Positions 54,303 through 63,978 of a DNA stretch of 64,000 nucleotides are shown piece by piece (positions within the stretch are counted from its first letter, which is position 1; each line of letters opens with the position of its first letter). Made by a program: the position numbers and the translations under genes. The DNA comes from a bacterium (GTDB lineage Bacteria; Patescibacteriota; Minisyncoccia; UBA6257; GWB1-50-10). Below the pieces are notes generated by a model, which saw nothing but the letters and a program-made list of their open reading frames with translations, was not told the origin of the DNA and did not search any database. The stretch covers positions 32,763 through 96,762 of the forward strand of contig JAKANQ010000001.1 in NCBI GenBank assembly GCA_021812365.1, given 5' to 3'.

Positions 54303-55441
54303 TGTTGGAATGTATCAAAAATTGAGATAAGTTCATCTGCGGCATTTTCCCATGTAAACCTTTTTACATTTTCAAATCCTCGTACCCGAAGCTCTTCTTT
54401 CATTGTATCGTTTTTGAGCAGAAGCGAAATTGCATAAATAAGTTCCTCGATTTTCCACGGATCAACAAGAAGCGCCGAATCACCCATTATTTCCGGAAGC
54501 GAGGACCTATTCGATGTGATCACCGGCGCACCGCATGCCGCAGCTTCCAACGGAGGAAATCCAAAACCCTCAAAGAACGATGGATATATAAACGCTTCCG
54601 TGAGATTGTAGAGCATCCTTAAATCTTCATACGAAGCCTCTCCCCAGAATATGATATCTTTTGACCACGTCGCATTCTTCGCATCCTTAAAAATTGTATC
54701 ACAGAGCCATCCCCTTTTCCCCACGATTATAAGCTGCAGCTCTCTGTTGAAGGGGTCTTCTTTCACCACATCAAACGCTTTAATGATTCCTGAAATATTC
54801 TTTCGCGGTTCAAGCGTTCCCACGAATAATATGAATGGCTTTACCATGCCGTGTTTCTTTATGAATTCGGCCTTCATCTTATCAGTTTCAGACAGGCGTT
54901 TATACCATGGATTTATTCCGGAATGCACCACGCGAATCTTTTGAGGGTCGACTCCAAGCGTCTTTATGAGGTCCTGCTTTGTAAATTCGGAAACCACGAT
55001 AAGCATATCGGCATTCATTGCCTGTTTCTTATAACCCTGCTGCCAATGCCATACTCGTTTGCGAAACGGATAAAATTCCGGAAAATGGATGAACGAGAGA
55101 TCGTGAAATGTAATGACTCTTTTCGTCCCTTTCGAGGTCGGAAAAAAATTGAAATGGGGACTGAATACGATATTTGAATGCAATGTTTCCGTGATGCGCG
55201 GCACTCCGAATAATCGCATAGATACTTCAAGCACCCTATTCGGCACATTCAATTCGAACACGTTCGTATTGCCTCGCTTCCAATTATCGGGGAGGGGTGC
55301 TTTTTTAATGCCACTGTAAAAGAACTGATATGTATTCTTCCTGTCCCTTTCGAGCAAATTTTCAATGATAAATCTGGCATATTCCTCAATTCCGGAAATG
55401 CGCCCCTTGCTCAATAGTCGTGTATCAATAAGAATATTCAT
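54299..55441 (-). CDS. glycosyltransferase family 4
   Basis: 380 aa. GT4 C-terminal motif EGFGFPPLEAAACGAPVI. Confidence 0.65.
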   Translation of the reverse strand: MNILIDTRLLSKGRISGIEEYARFIIENLLERDRKNTYQFFYSGIKKAPLPDNWKRGNTNVFELNVPNRVLEVSMRLFGVPRITETLHSNIVFSPHFNFFPTSKGTKRVITFHDLSFIHFPEFYPFRKRVWHWQQGYKKQAMNADMLIVVSEFTKQDLIKTLGVDPQKIRVVHSGINPWYKRLSETDKMKAEFIKKHGMVKPFILFVGTLEPRKNISGIIKAFDVVKEDPFNRELQLIIVGKRGWLCDTIFKDAKNATWSKDIIFWGEASYEDLRMLYNLTEAFIYPSFFEGFGFPPLEAAACGAPVITSNRSSLPEIMGDSALLVDPWKIEELIYAISLLLKNDTMKEELRVRGFENVKRFTWENAADELISIFDTFQQ

Positions 55442-55466
55442 CTCGCGTAATGCATATGTTCCGCGC

Positions 55467-56567
55467 TTATTCTGAAAAACCTGATGCTCGAATCACTCTC
55501 GTCATTTCTTGTACAAAATTGCTCTTTGAAAAGCGCTGGGCCTTTTGGGCTATTATTCTTCTATCGAATTTCATAGTCTCGAATTCTTTTACCGCATTCT
55601 CTATGGCTTCCGGAGATTGTTCGCTAAAAAGCAACCCAGTCTGCTTATTGATGACTATCTCTCCGCCGCCGCCCACTTTGTATGCAATGACAGGAAGCCC
55701 GCACGCTTGTGCTTCGGCGGCTACAAGGCCAAAATCCTCTATTTGCGGGAATATAAGCGCTTTTGCATTCGAATATAATTTACGAAGCTCATCATCCGAG
55801 ATGCCGGTAAGAAATTCTATATGAGGCGAACGGACAAGTGCTCTCAATTTTTCCGCCTCCGGTCCCGCCCCCACGATCTTCAAAGGTTTTTTAAGACGAT
55901 TGAACGCGCGAATGGTAATATCGAATCCTTTGTAGTACAAAAGTCTTCCGACCATCAAATAGTATTCCTTATGCTCGCTATTCGGTTCCGGATAAAAAAT
56001 ATCCGTCGACACCGGCGGATAGATGACATCCGCTTCCCTTAGATAATATGAATTGATCTTGTTTGAAATGAATTGAGAATTTGCTAAAAAAAGATTCACG
56101 TGGGTAGCCGCATGGACATCCCAGCTTCGCAACGACTTCGCGATAGGATATACAAAAAAATCCTTCAGTGGCCATGGCGCAAACGAGAGGTTCTTCAAAT
56201 ATTCAACTTCCCACGCGTAGCGCAACGGGCTGTGGCAATAACTTATATGATACTTTCCCTTCACATGGAATCCTTTTGCGTACCCCGCCGTCGAAGAAAG
56301 AACAAGGTCATATGGTTTATCGCTCTTCATCAGATTGGCAGCGAACGGCATGAAAGGAATGAACATTCGATGATGTTTGCGGACAAAGGGAATATCCAAC
56401 ACGCTTGTTTTTTTTATATTATGTTCGAAAATCCCGAATGTTCGTTCGGGATCATAAAGTAATGTATAAAGGTCCGCATCCGGATACATTTCAAGCATTA
56501 CCTGAAGCACTCGCTCAGCACCCCCAAACTGATTCAAGTAATCATGCAGAATCGCAACACGCATCAC
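55467..56567 (-). CDS. glycosyltransferase family 4
   Basis: 366 aa. EDFGLVAAEAQACGLPVIAYKVGGGGEIV. Confidence 0.65.
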   Translation of the reverse strand: MMRVAILHDYLNQFGGAERVLQVMLEMYPDADLYTLLYDPERTFGIFEHNIKKTSVLDIPFVRKHHRMFIPFMPFAANLMKSDKPYDLVLSSTAGYAKGFHVKGKYHISYCHSPLRYAWEVEYLKNLSFAPWPLKDFFVYPIAKSLRSWDVHAATHVNLFLANSQFISNKINSYYLREADVIYPPVSTDIFYPEPNSEHKEYYLMVGRLLYYKGFDITIRAFNRLKKPLKIVGAGPEAEKLRALVRSPHIEFLTGISDDELRKLYSNAKALIFPQIEDFGLVAAEAQACGLPVIAYKVGGGGEIVINKQTGLLFSEQSPEAIENAVKEFETMKFDRRIIAQKAQRFSKSNFVQEMTRVIRASGFSE

Positions 56568-56605
56568 TTCATCATAACGGAGAATGGAATTTCATGCCAC
56601 AAATC

Positions 56606-57214
56606 TCACACGCCCGTTGGATCCGAAAAAAGTATCCAAATGGTCCGTCCGAGTATTTGCATATCCAATATGAATGATTGATGCTCCAAATAATATTTAT
56701 CGAGTTCAAGCTCCTTTAAAAACGGGAGGGCCGAAGCACCGCTTACCTGTGAAAGTCCGGTAAGTCCTGCTTTTGCGGCTGACAGGCCTTTAAATTCTTC
56801 CGGATAGGCTGCAATTTCTCCCGGCTCATGAGGACGCGGTCCCACAAGAGAAAGGTCGCCCAAAAGAACATTGAAAAACTGCGGAAACTCATCAAGACGC
56901 AGTTTTCTCAATACTTTCCCCACCTTGGTCAATCTCGGATCATTCTTTATTTTAAAAAGAGGCCCGTCTCTCCTCTCATTCAGATGAATAAGATCCTTCT
57001 TCATCGCGTGAGCATTTCTCACCATTGAACGAAATTTACATATGAACACTCGACGACCGCCGCTTATCCGTTCAAGCGATACGAATACGGGCCAACCATC
57101 TTCCAAAAGAATTGCAAACGCTATTATCGGCGTAATAAAAATAAAGATGATTATCCCCAGGAGTGAGCCTATAACGTCGAATATTCGTTTGAACACAGTT
57201 GTATAATAATACAA
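56606..57214 (-). CDS. polyprenyl-phosphate sugar phosphotransferase (Bac_transf; WbaP/CpsE-like priming enzyme)
   Basis: 202 aa. TM helix, then KFRSM ... DGPLFKIKNDPRLTKVG ... DEFPQFFNVLLGDLSLVGPRP. Confidence 0.7.
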   Translation of the reverse strand: MYYYTTVFKRIFDVIGSLLGIIIFIFITPIIAFAILLEDGWPVFVSLERISGGRRVFICKFRSMVRNAHAMKKDLIHLNERRDGPLFKIKNDPRLTKVGKVLRKLRLDEFPQFFNVLLGDLSLVGPRPHEPGEIAAYPEEFKGLSAAKAGLTGLSQVSGASALPFLKELELDKYYLEHQSFILDMQILGRTIWILFSDPTGV

Positions 57215-57486
57215 TGAACTCGAAAAGCCTACTTATGTTCTATGGCAAAGAGTGTCCTCATTGTGAAAAAATGATGCCACTTGTTGAACAGCTTGAACGC
57301 GAATTGGACACATCCGTGCAACGGTTCGAGGTGTGGCATGACCCCGAGAATCAGGAGATGATGCAAAAATACGACCTTACGAGCTGCGGGGGCGTTCCTT
57401 TTTTCTTCAACACGAAAACGGAAAAATTCATCTGTGGAGAGGCTGATTATAATGACCTACTCGTGTGGGCCAAAGCGGATGGTTAA
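57199..57486 (+). CDS. thioredoxin-fold protein (glutaredoxin/thioredoxin-like, CPHC)
   Basis: 95 aa. FYGKECPHCEKMMP active-site motif. Confidence 0.5.
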   Translation: MYNNTMNSKSLLMFYGKECPHCEKMMPLVEQLERELDTSVQRFEVWHDPENQEMMQKYDLTSCGGVPFFFNTKTEKFICGEADYNDLLVWAKADG

Positions 57487-58181
57487 TCTCTTGAGATAGC
57501 GACCGCAAACTCACCTTTTTGTTTTTCAAGATTCCCAATGTGCGAGAGAGCATCTTTTGCCGTACCCCTGAAGATGTCTTCGTGAAGTTTCGTCAGTTCT
57601 CTCCCCACCACGATCCTTCGATCATTTCCCAGAACCTCAACGATGCTTGAGAGAGCTTTCTCAATTCTATGGGGGGACTCATAAAACACGACAGGCCATG
57701 TCTCTAACTTTTGCAGACTCTCAAAAAAGGTCTTCCTCCCTTTTTTGTGAGGCGGATAACCTAAAAATGTGAATTGCTCAGTGTTAAATCCGGAAATTGA
57801 GAGCAAAGAAATCACTGCGGAAGCGCCGGGAATAGGAATTATCGGAACCTGAGGAAGTTCCTTTGAAACAATCTCAATAAGTCTGCTGCCCGGGTCGGCA
57901 ATTCCCGGCGTGCCCGCATCGGTCACCAAAGCGATATCCTTTCCATCTTTCAACATTTCCATCAGTTTTGCCGCCGCGCGATTGTGCGAATGTTCGTCAT
58001 AATGGAAAACGGGTTTTTGTATCTTGTAGTGAAAGAGTAGTTTTGAACTCACGCGCGTATCTTCCGCAAATATCGCATCAACACTCTTCAATGTTTCCAA
58101 TGCCCGCATTGTGATATCGCCCAAATTGCCAATGGGTGTTGCGACCATGAACAATGTTCCGTATTTCACATTTTCCATCAT
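57483..58181 (-). CDS. rsmI: 16S rRNA (cytidine1402-2'-O)-methyltransferase
   Basis: 232 aa. TLFMVATPIGNLGDITMRALETLKSVDAIFAEDTR; tetrapyrrole-methylase fold matching RsmI. Confidence 0.75.
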   Translation of the reverse strand: MMENVKYGTLFMVATPIGNLGDITMRALETLKSVDAIFAEDTRVSSKLLFHYKIQKPVFHYDEHSHNRAAAKLMEMLKDGKDIALVTDAGTPGIADPGSRLIEIVSKELPQVPIIPIPGASAVISLLSISGFNTEQFTFLGYPPHKKGRKTFFESLQKLETWPVVFYESPHRIEKALSSIVEVLGNDRRIVVGRELTKLHEDIFRGTAKDALSHIGNLEKQKGEFAVAISRD

Positions 58182-58197
58182 ATGCTAATAGTATAGA

Positions 58198-58231
58198 TTA
58201 AAAAAATTAACCCCGCTTGTTGCAGGGTTAA
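58198..58231 (-). terminator. hairpin terminator downstream of rplS
   Basis: On the minus strand: ttaaccc-(11 nt loop)-gggttaa followed by TTTTTTT. Confidence 0.45.
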
Positions 58232-58235
58232 TCGA

Positions 58236-58562
58236 TTACTTCGTCTTCAAGCGTTCGCGGATCTTCTTACTTGAATAAGTGCGAACATGATAGAGCTTTG
58301 AAGTGTGCACCTTTTTCGGTGTTGAAAGTATCTCAACTTTCGCGATTGACGGAGAGTGCGCTTGGAATACCTTCTCAACGCCAACTTCCGAAATCACTGA
58401 ACGAACGGTAAATGACGCTCCCGCCTCAGAACCGTGTTTATGTGCAATAACGAGACCTTCAAATGCACTCTGGCGCTCCTTATCGCCTTCCTTGATGCGT
58501 TCCCATACGCGAACTTTCGCGCCTGAACGGATTTTCGAGAGAATGTCTTTTTCCATAACCAA
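58236..58562 (-). CDS. rplS: 50S ribosomal protein L19
   Basis: 108 aa. KVRVWERIKEGDKERQSAFEGLVIAHKHGS ... is a typical L19. The start may be the Met 2 codons in. Confidence 0.8.
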   Translation of the reverse strand: MVMEKDILSKIRSGAKVRVWERIKEGDKERQSAFEGLVIAHKHGSEAGASFTVRSVISEVGVEKVFQAHSPSIAKVEILSTPKKVHTSKLYHVRTYSSKKIRERLKTK

Positions 58563-58603
58563 TACAGTGTAAAAGAAACAGTAAAAAAAATCAACCCCCG
58601 ACC

Positions 58604-59380
58604 TTAAAAGGCCTGATGAGATTCCAATATGTTGAGGGCTTTTTGGAGCTCTGTTGGAAGTTCCGCCTCAAGTTTCAACCTGTTTCCGTCCGGCGTACTG
58701 AACTCAATTGATTCGGCATGCAGAAAATGACGCTCGAGTCCAAGATTATTCGCTTTAGGTCCGTAAAGCGTATCACCCACTATCGGATGCCCTATTGAGG
58801 CGAGATGGACCCTTATCTGGTGAGTTCTTCCCGTATGAGGCGTTACATGAAGCAAAGAATAGTAGACCGCTCCTCTGCCGCCCAGCACACTCTGCTGATA
58901 GACCTTTGCCACCTTATAGTCGGTAACCGCATCCTTCACCATCTTCATATTTCTTGCCACCGTACTTCGTTTTATGGTTCCGGGTTTCAATCCAATCGGG
59001 GTATCTATCGTACCGCTCCCCAGGAGCCTGCCGTTTACCAGAGCAACGTATGTTTTTTTCACCTGATGATTCTGGAAAAGATCCTTCATAAAGCTGAAAA
59101 ATCTCTGATTTCTGGCTATCACAATGACGCCGGATGTATTTTTATCAAGCCTATGCATGATTCCGGGGCGGTTCTCGGGGTCATCTCCCACCTTCCTGAT
59201 CTCGGGGAACTCCTTTGAGGCGATATCCGCGAGCGTTCGCTCGCCTTCACGGCCCTCAAACCCCTTCACAGCATGCACAAGCATCCCGGCGGGCTTATTG
59301 TAGGCAACAAAGTCCTTTGTCTTATAAATGATGCTTTCCATGGTTCTGTTCATAGTATCACCAATATCCAAAAAACTCAA
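58604..59380 (-). CDS. pseudouridine synthase, RluA family
   Basis: 258 aa. Catalytic HRLDKNTSGVIVIARN. The start may be an internal Met. Confidence 0.7.
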   Translation of the reverse strand: MSFLDIGDTMNRTMESIIYKTKDFVAYNKPAGMLVHAVKGFEGREGERTLADIASKEFPEIRKVGDDPENRPGIMHRLDKNTSGVIVIARNQRFFSFMKDLFQNHQVKKTYVALVNGRLLGSGTIDTPIGLKPGTIKRSTVARNMKMVKDAVTDYKVAKVYQQSVLGGRGAVYYSLLHVTPHTGRTHQIRVHLASIGHPIVGDTLYGPKANNLGLERHFLHAESIEFSTPDGNRLKLEAELPTELQKALNILESHQAF

Positions 59381-59546
59381 TAAAATAAGGGGTTTTTACA
59401 TATGTTAGCCCCTAAAATGCCTTGCGAAGCTTGCAAAATTCGGGAAGACGTGCTAGGGTATGTATATAAAACCCCGTAGGGGGTTTTTCATTTGGGGCAT
59501 TAGTTAATACCCGTCGGCTCCAAGAATACAAAGACAAAAAAGACAA

Positions 59547-59993
59547 ATGACCGCAAAACTCGTATCAGCACTTATAAGCCTTTCAGTCTTCGCATTTCCG
59601 ACACCCTCGGATATACCCGCAACTGGAAGCCATGAGGCTATCACCAACGCCATCGTGCATGTCGCAAAGGCGGCTACAGGAAGCAGCGAAAACGAACCAA
59701 AGAACAAAATAATGAAACTTTGGGTTACCGCATACGCAAGCACTCCGGAAGAGACCGATTCGACTCCGTTCGAAACGGCAATGGGCACCTTCGTTCATGA
59801 TGGCATCGTTGCAACGAATATGCTTCCTTTCGGCACCAAAGTCTCATTTCCAAAACTTTTTGGCAATAAGATATTCGTAGTTGAGGATAGAATGAATGTT
59901 CGAAAGAAGAATTTCATTGATATTTGGATGCCTAAAAAGAGCGAAGCGGTGAAATTCGGGATTTCATACTCAGATGTTGTTGTGTGGGAATAG
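59547..59993 (+). CDS. 3D (MltA-like) domain protein, secreted
   Basis: 148 aa. Signal peptide, then a 3D domain with a conserved Asp pattern (TAYASTPEETDSTP ... VVEDRMN). Confidence 0.55.
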   Translation: MTAKLVSALISLSVFAFPTPSDIPATGSHEAITNAIVHVAKAATGSSENEPKNKIMKLWVTAYASTPEETDSTPFETAMGTFVHDGIVATNMLPFGTKVSFPKLFGNKIFVVEDRMNVRKKNFIDIWMPKKSEAVKFGISYSDVVVWE

Positions 59994-60065
59994 TTCTGTA
60001 TATACCACCGCAAAAGCGCCACCAATGAAGGTGGCGCTTTTTATTTGAAATGATAAAATTACGCT

Positions 60066-61361
60066 ATGAATTTTCAAATTGAGGGTGGAAAGCCCTTATC
60101 AGGAACCATTTCAGTGAACTCCTCCAAAAATTCCGCGGTTGGTCTTTTATGCGCCTCCCTTCTCAATAAGAGCACGACGACCATCACCAATATGCCGAAG
60201 ATTGAGGAGGTATACCGAATAATCGAGGTTTTGGAAAGCATAGGCGTGAAAACCGAATGGAATGGCCCTTCGCTCACCATCACTCCCCCCAAAAAACTTT
60301 CCATACATTCGCTGAATGAGGAATCCGCAAAGAAAACTCGAAGCATTGTCATGTTCATGGGTCCGCTTGTGCATCTTTTTAAGACATTTAAGATTCCACA
60401 AACCGGTGGATGCAAACTTGGCTCACGAACCGTGCAGCCACACCTCTTTGCGCTTGAGAAGCTTGGCGTGTCTATTGCCACAAAAACGGACGCATATGAG
60501 GTAAGTGTCAACAAACTCCATGCTAGTGAGATAGTTCTCTATGAGTCCGGCGATACCGTCACTGAAAATGTGCTGATGGCGGCATCAAAGATTCAGGGCA
60601 AGACTCATGTGAAACTCGCTTCCGCAAACTATATGGTGCAGGACCTCTGCCACTTCCTTCAGCTTTTCGGAGTTCAAATTGATGGAATAGGCACCACCAC
60701 ACTCACCATACAGGGAGTGAAAGACATCAATATGCCCGTATCATATACCTTAAGCGAAGATCCTATTGAGGCGATGCTTTTTCTCTCTATCGCTGCGACC
60801 ACCAATTCACATATCACTATCACAAAATGCCCCATTGAATTCCTTGAACTTGAGCTTTTGAAGTTGGAAAAAATGGGGTTCAAATTCAAACTCTCGAAGA
60901 AGTATCTATCCGCAAACGGCTTTACCGAACTCGTCGACATTGAGACATTCCCTTCAAAATTGACCGCGGTTCACGAAAAGATATATGCGCGCCCATTTCC
61001 AGGACTTAACATCGACAATCTGCCATTCTTTGTTCCTATTGCCGCCCGCGCAAAAGGACAGACTTTGATTCATGACTGGGTATATGAAAATCGTGCGCTC
61101 TACTATTTGGAACTTTCAAAACTTGGCGTAAATCTTCTCCTTGCCGACCCGCATCGCGTCTTCATAACCGGACCTACAAAATTTAAGGCTGCCGAAGTGA
61201 TCTGTCCTCCCGCCTTGCGACCCGCCGCAATAATCATGATAACGATGCTTGCGGCACCGGGAACCTCACTTCTTCGAAATGTCTATTCTATCAATCGAGG
61301 ATATGAGGATATCGCGACAAGACTTAAGAAGATAGGAGCGCGCATTGAGATAGTGAAATAA
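60066..61361 (+). CDS. murA: UDP-N-acetylglucosamine 1-carboxyvinyltransferase
   Basis: 431 aa. EPSP-synthase fold; KLGSRTV with the catalytic Cys context (GGCKLGSR); length typical of MurA. Confidence 0.7.
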   Translation: MNFQIEGGKPLSGTISVNSSKNSAVGLLCASLLNKSTTTITNMPKIEEVYRIIEVLESIGVKTEWNGPSLTITPPKKLSIHSLNEESAKKTRSIVMFMGPLVHLFKTFKIPQTGGCKLGSRTVQPHLFALEKLGVSIATKTDAYEVSVNKLHASEIVLYESGDTVTENVLMAASKIQGKTHVKLASANYMVQDLCHFLQLFGVQIDGIGTTTLTIQGVKDINMPVSYTLSEDPIEAMLFLSIAATTNSHITITKCPIEFLELELLKLEKMGFKFKLSKKYLSANGFTELVDIETFPSKLTAVHEKIYARPFPGLNIDNLPFFVPIAARAKGQTLIHDWVYENRALYYLELSKLGVNLLLADPHRVFITGPTKFKAAEVICPPALRPAAIIMITMLAAPGTSLLRNVYSINRGYEDIATRLKKIGARIEIVK

Positions 61362-61368
61362 TAAAAAA

Positions 61369-61400
61369 CCGCCCTTTCCGGCAAGGGCGGTATTTCTATT
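61369..61400. terminator. bidirectional hairpin terminator
   Basis: ccgccctt-tccggc-aagggcgg followed by T-rich sequence. Confidence 0.55.
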
Positions 61401-61692
61401 TTGATTCCGCGGCCTCTTTTTTAGTGTCCGCTTCCTCTCCCGGATGCTTGAAGCGGGTGAGAAAATAACTCACCACGACCACGATAAGGGTGAGAAATAG
61501 AGCATACGTTATTTTTGCCGTGAGTCCATTTCCCGTAGGAAAAAGAACCTCAATAGCAGATTTTACCGCTTCATTCCACGCAAGACCAGCCACAAAACTG
61601 AAACTGGTGACAATGAGCGTGATCGTTTGATTTCTCGCTTCTCTGCGAAATCGCAGTTGTTCTCGCGTGAGTTTTTCCTTTATTTTACGCAT
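61396..61692 (-). CDS. small membrane protein, unknown function
   Basis: 98 aa. Two TM helices and a charged C-terminal tail. Confidence 0.35.
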   Translation of the reverse strand: MRKIKEKLTREQLRFRREARNQTITLIVTSFSFVAGLAWNEAVKSAIEVLFPTGNGLTAKITYALFLTLIVVVVSYFLTRFKHPGEEADTKKEAAESK

Positions 61693-62299
61693 TCCTTAGT
61701 TGCTTGTAATTCTCCTCGATACTGTCCCAGTCAACGACGTTCCACCACTCGGTGATATATTCCGCGCGGCGGTTCTGAAACTTCAAATAATACGCGTGTT
61801 CCCACACGTCAAGGCACATGATAGGTTTCATACCCACCGAGAGCGGATTGTCCTGATTTGAACTCATCATTGTTTTCAATAAGCCATGCTCATCGATGAC
61901 GAGCCATGCCCAACCACTCCCGAATACGCCCGCGCCAAGCTTTGAAAAATCTTCCTTGAATTTCGCAAATCCTCCGAGGTCTTTTTCGATGAGTTCGCCA
62001 ACTTTCCCGGTCGGCATTCCGCCCTTATTCGGTCCCATACTTTTCCAAAAGAGCGTGTGTGCCACATGACCTCCGCCGTGATTTCTTACCGCTGTGCGTA
62101 TCGCTTCCGGAATTGCGCTCAGGTCGCGCAATAACTCTTCGGGACTTTTTGCCTGCAATTCAGGATTGTTCTCAACCGCCTCATTTAATTTCGCGACATA
62201 TGTTGCGTGATGCTTTGAATGATGAACCTCCATCGTTCGCGCATCTATGAATGGTTCTAACGCATCATATGCGTATGGTAATTTTGGTAATTCGTACAT
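61685..62299 (-). CDS. Fe/Mn superoxide dismutase
   Basis: 204 aa. LPKLPYAYDALEPFIDARTMEVHHSKHH and DVWEHAYY metal-ligand motifs. Confidence 0.85.
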   Translation of the reverse strand: MYELPKLPYAYDALEPFIDARTMEVHHSKHHATYVAKLNEAVENNPELQAKSPEELLRDLSAIPEAIRTAVRNHGGGHVAHTLFWKSMGPNKGGMPTGKVGELIEKDLGGFAKFKEDFSKLGAGVFGSGWAWLVIDEHGLLKTMMSSNQDNPLSVGMKPIMCLDVWEHAYYLKFQNRRAEYITEWWNVVDWDSIEENYKQLRNA

Positions 62300-62311
62300 A
62301 CGTACATTATA

Positions 62312-62980
62312 TCACGCCCTCGTGCGAGGGGTATGAAATCCTATAGGAATGATAAGTGCGTCTTTTTGCGTAAAACTACCCACGCGCGTGCGCATGAGCG
62401 CGGAAAGATACCCCCCTACACTCAGCTTTCTTCCGATGTCTCTTGCGAGCGAACGAATATAGACGCCGGGTCCCGTTACCACCTTTATCTTCAGGTAAGG
62501 CCACTTGAATGAAACGAGCTCTATCTTCTTTACTATCACCTTTCGCGCCTCAAGTTCAAGCTTCTCACCCGCACGCGTGCGCTCATATGCCCGTTCACCG
62601 CTCACTTTTATGGCGCTATATACCGGCGGCACCTGCATTATCTCACCCTCGAATTCCTTTAAAACATCATAAATCTGTTTGAGAGACGGCCGTCGTATCG
62701 GATGCACTTCCGTCTTAATGCCCTCGCTGTCATCCGTCGAACTTTCCTTACCCAAACGGATAGTTGCTTCGTACTCCTTCTCTTTGGCAACTTCCTCGCT
62801 TATTTTCTTTGTCGCCTCACGCCCTACCGCAATCACAAGCACGCCCGATGCTTTTGGATCCAGCGTTCCCGCATGTCCTATCTTCTTTTCGGTTATCCGC
62901 TTCTTTATCTCGCGAATGACATCATAAGAACTTGGACCTTTGGGCTTCCATACACCGAATATGCCTTTTAGCTCATCCAT
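62312..62980 (-). CDS. truB: tRNA pseudouridine(55) synthase
   Basis: 222 aa. GHAGTLDPKASGVLVIAVG catalytic Asp motif. Confidence 0.75.
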   Translation of the reverse strand: MDELKGIFGVWKPKGPSSYDVIREIKKRITEKKIGHAGTLDPKASGVLVIAVGREATKKISEEVAKEKEYEATIRLGKESSTDDSEGIKTEVHPIRRPSLKQIYDVLKEFEGEIMQVPPVYSAIKVSGERAYERTRAGEKLELEARKVIVKKIELVSFKWPYLKIKVVTGPGVYIRSLARDIGRKLSVGGYLSALMRTRVGSFTQKDALIIPIGFHTPRTRA

Positions 62981-63683
62981 TGATCAAATTAGACGCAAGA
63001 TATGAGGCGATAGTTGCCGCAGTTTCGGCACGAAGCGTAAGAGCGCCCAATCCTGCGATGAGGAATCCGTTCTCTTTTGCTTCTACGAGCTCCTTATTGC
63101 CCCATCCGCCCTCGGGTCCGATAAAAATGCCGATGTTCTCTTTTCCCTCAAGCATGGCACCTGAAAATTGTTTCCCCGTTCCATCAAAAAAGATATTGAT
63201 GTCGTTCTTTGCCGCATCAGGAAGAACCTTTTCAAATGAGACGACGCCCGCTATCGCAGGCACAATTCCGCGGCCTGATTGCTCGGCTGCTTCCTTCACT
63301 ATCTTCTCAACTCGCTCCGTGCTGATATTCAACTTTACCGTACGCGATGAGATGATGGGTACGATACTCCGCACTCCGGCCTCAGTCGCCTTTTGCGCCG
63401 CAAGCTCAAAATTCTCCCTCTTCAGCGTTGAGAGATACAAGGTCACTTTTCGCTTTGGTTCATTTGTATTCATCATCCGCTCTACTACGTGAACCTCAAC
63501 GAAATTCTTTCCGCATTCCTCAATTCTGCAACGAGCCTCTTCCAAACTTCCCGTTGAAAGAATAAGCTCTTCTCCTTTCACAAGCTTAAGAACATTCTTT
63601 ATTTGATTTACCAAATCATCTTCGGTTATGCGAAGGTGCTCTTCTCGGATATTAAAATCGCCAATGAAGCGATGTATTTTCAT
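62973..63683 (-). CDS. rsmE: 16S rRNA (uracil1498-N3)-methyltransferase
   Basis: 236 aa. Collinear with RsmE, including the C-terminal GPEGGW motif. Confidence 0.7.
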   Translation of the reverse strand: MKIHRFIGDFNIREEHLRITEDDLVNQIKNVLKLVKGEELILSTGSLEEARCRIEECGKNFVEVHVVERMMNTNEPKRKVTLYLSTLKRENFELAAQKATEAGVRSIVPIISSRTVKLNISTERVEKIVKEAAEQSGRGIVPAIAGVVSFEKVLPDAAKNDINIFFDGTGKQFSGAMLEGKENIGIFIGPEGGWGNKELVEAKENGFLIAGLGALTLRAETAATIASYLASNLING

Positions 63684-63700
63684 ATCTCTAGACTACTACA

Positions 63701-63736
63701 AATGAATCCGCTCCTCAATTGAGGAGCGGATTCATT
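63701..63736. terminator. 16 bp perfect-stem hairpin between rsmE and the glutaredoxin-like gene
   Basis: aatgaatccgctcctc-aatt-gaggagcggattcatt. Confidence 0.5.
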
Positions 63737-63741
63737 GATTT

Positions 63742-63978
63742 CTATTTGATTCCTGCCGCTTCGTTTATCGCGCTCTTATCAAATCCTATGATTATCTTTC
63801 CATTGATATCAAGGACCGGCACGCCAAGCTGGCCTGATTTTTTTATCATTTCCTCACGAGCAACGAGGTCGGACATCACATCCTTATCCTCATAGTTGAC
63901 TCCTTTTTGGTCAAAATATGTCTTTGCCATCTTGCAATAGACACACGACGGGGTTGAATAGATTATCACTGGTTTCAT
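63742..63978 (-). CDS. glutaredoxin-like protein (NrdH/Grx family)
   Basis: 78 aa. YSTPSCVYCKMAK CxxC active site. Confidence 0.65.
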   Translation of the reverse strand: MKPVIIYSTPSCVYCKMAKTYFDQKGVNYEDKDVMSDLVAREEMIKKSGQLGVPVLDINGKIIIGFDKSAINEAAGIK

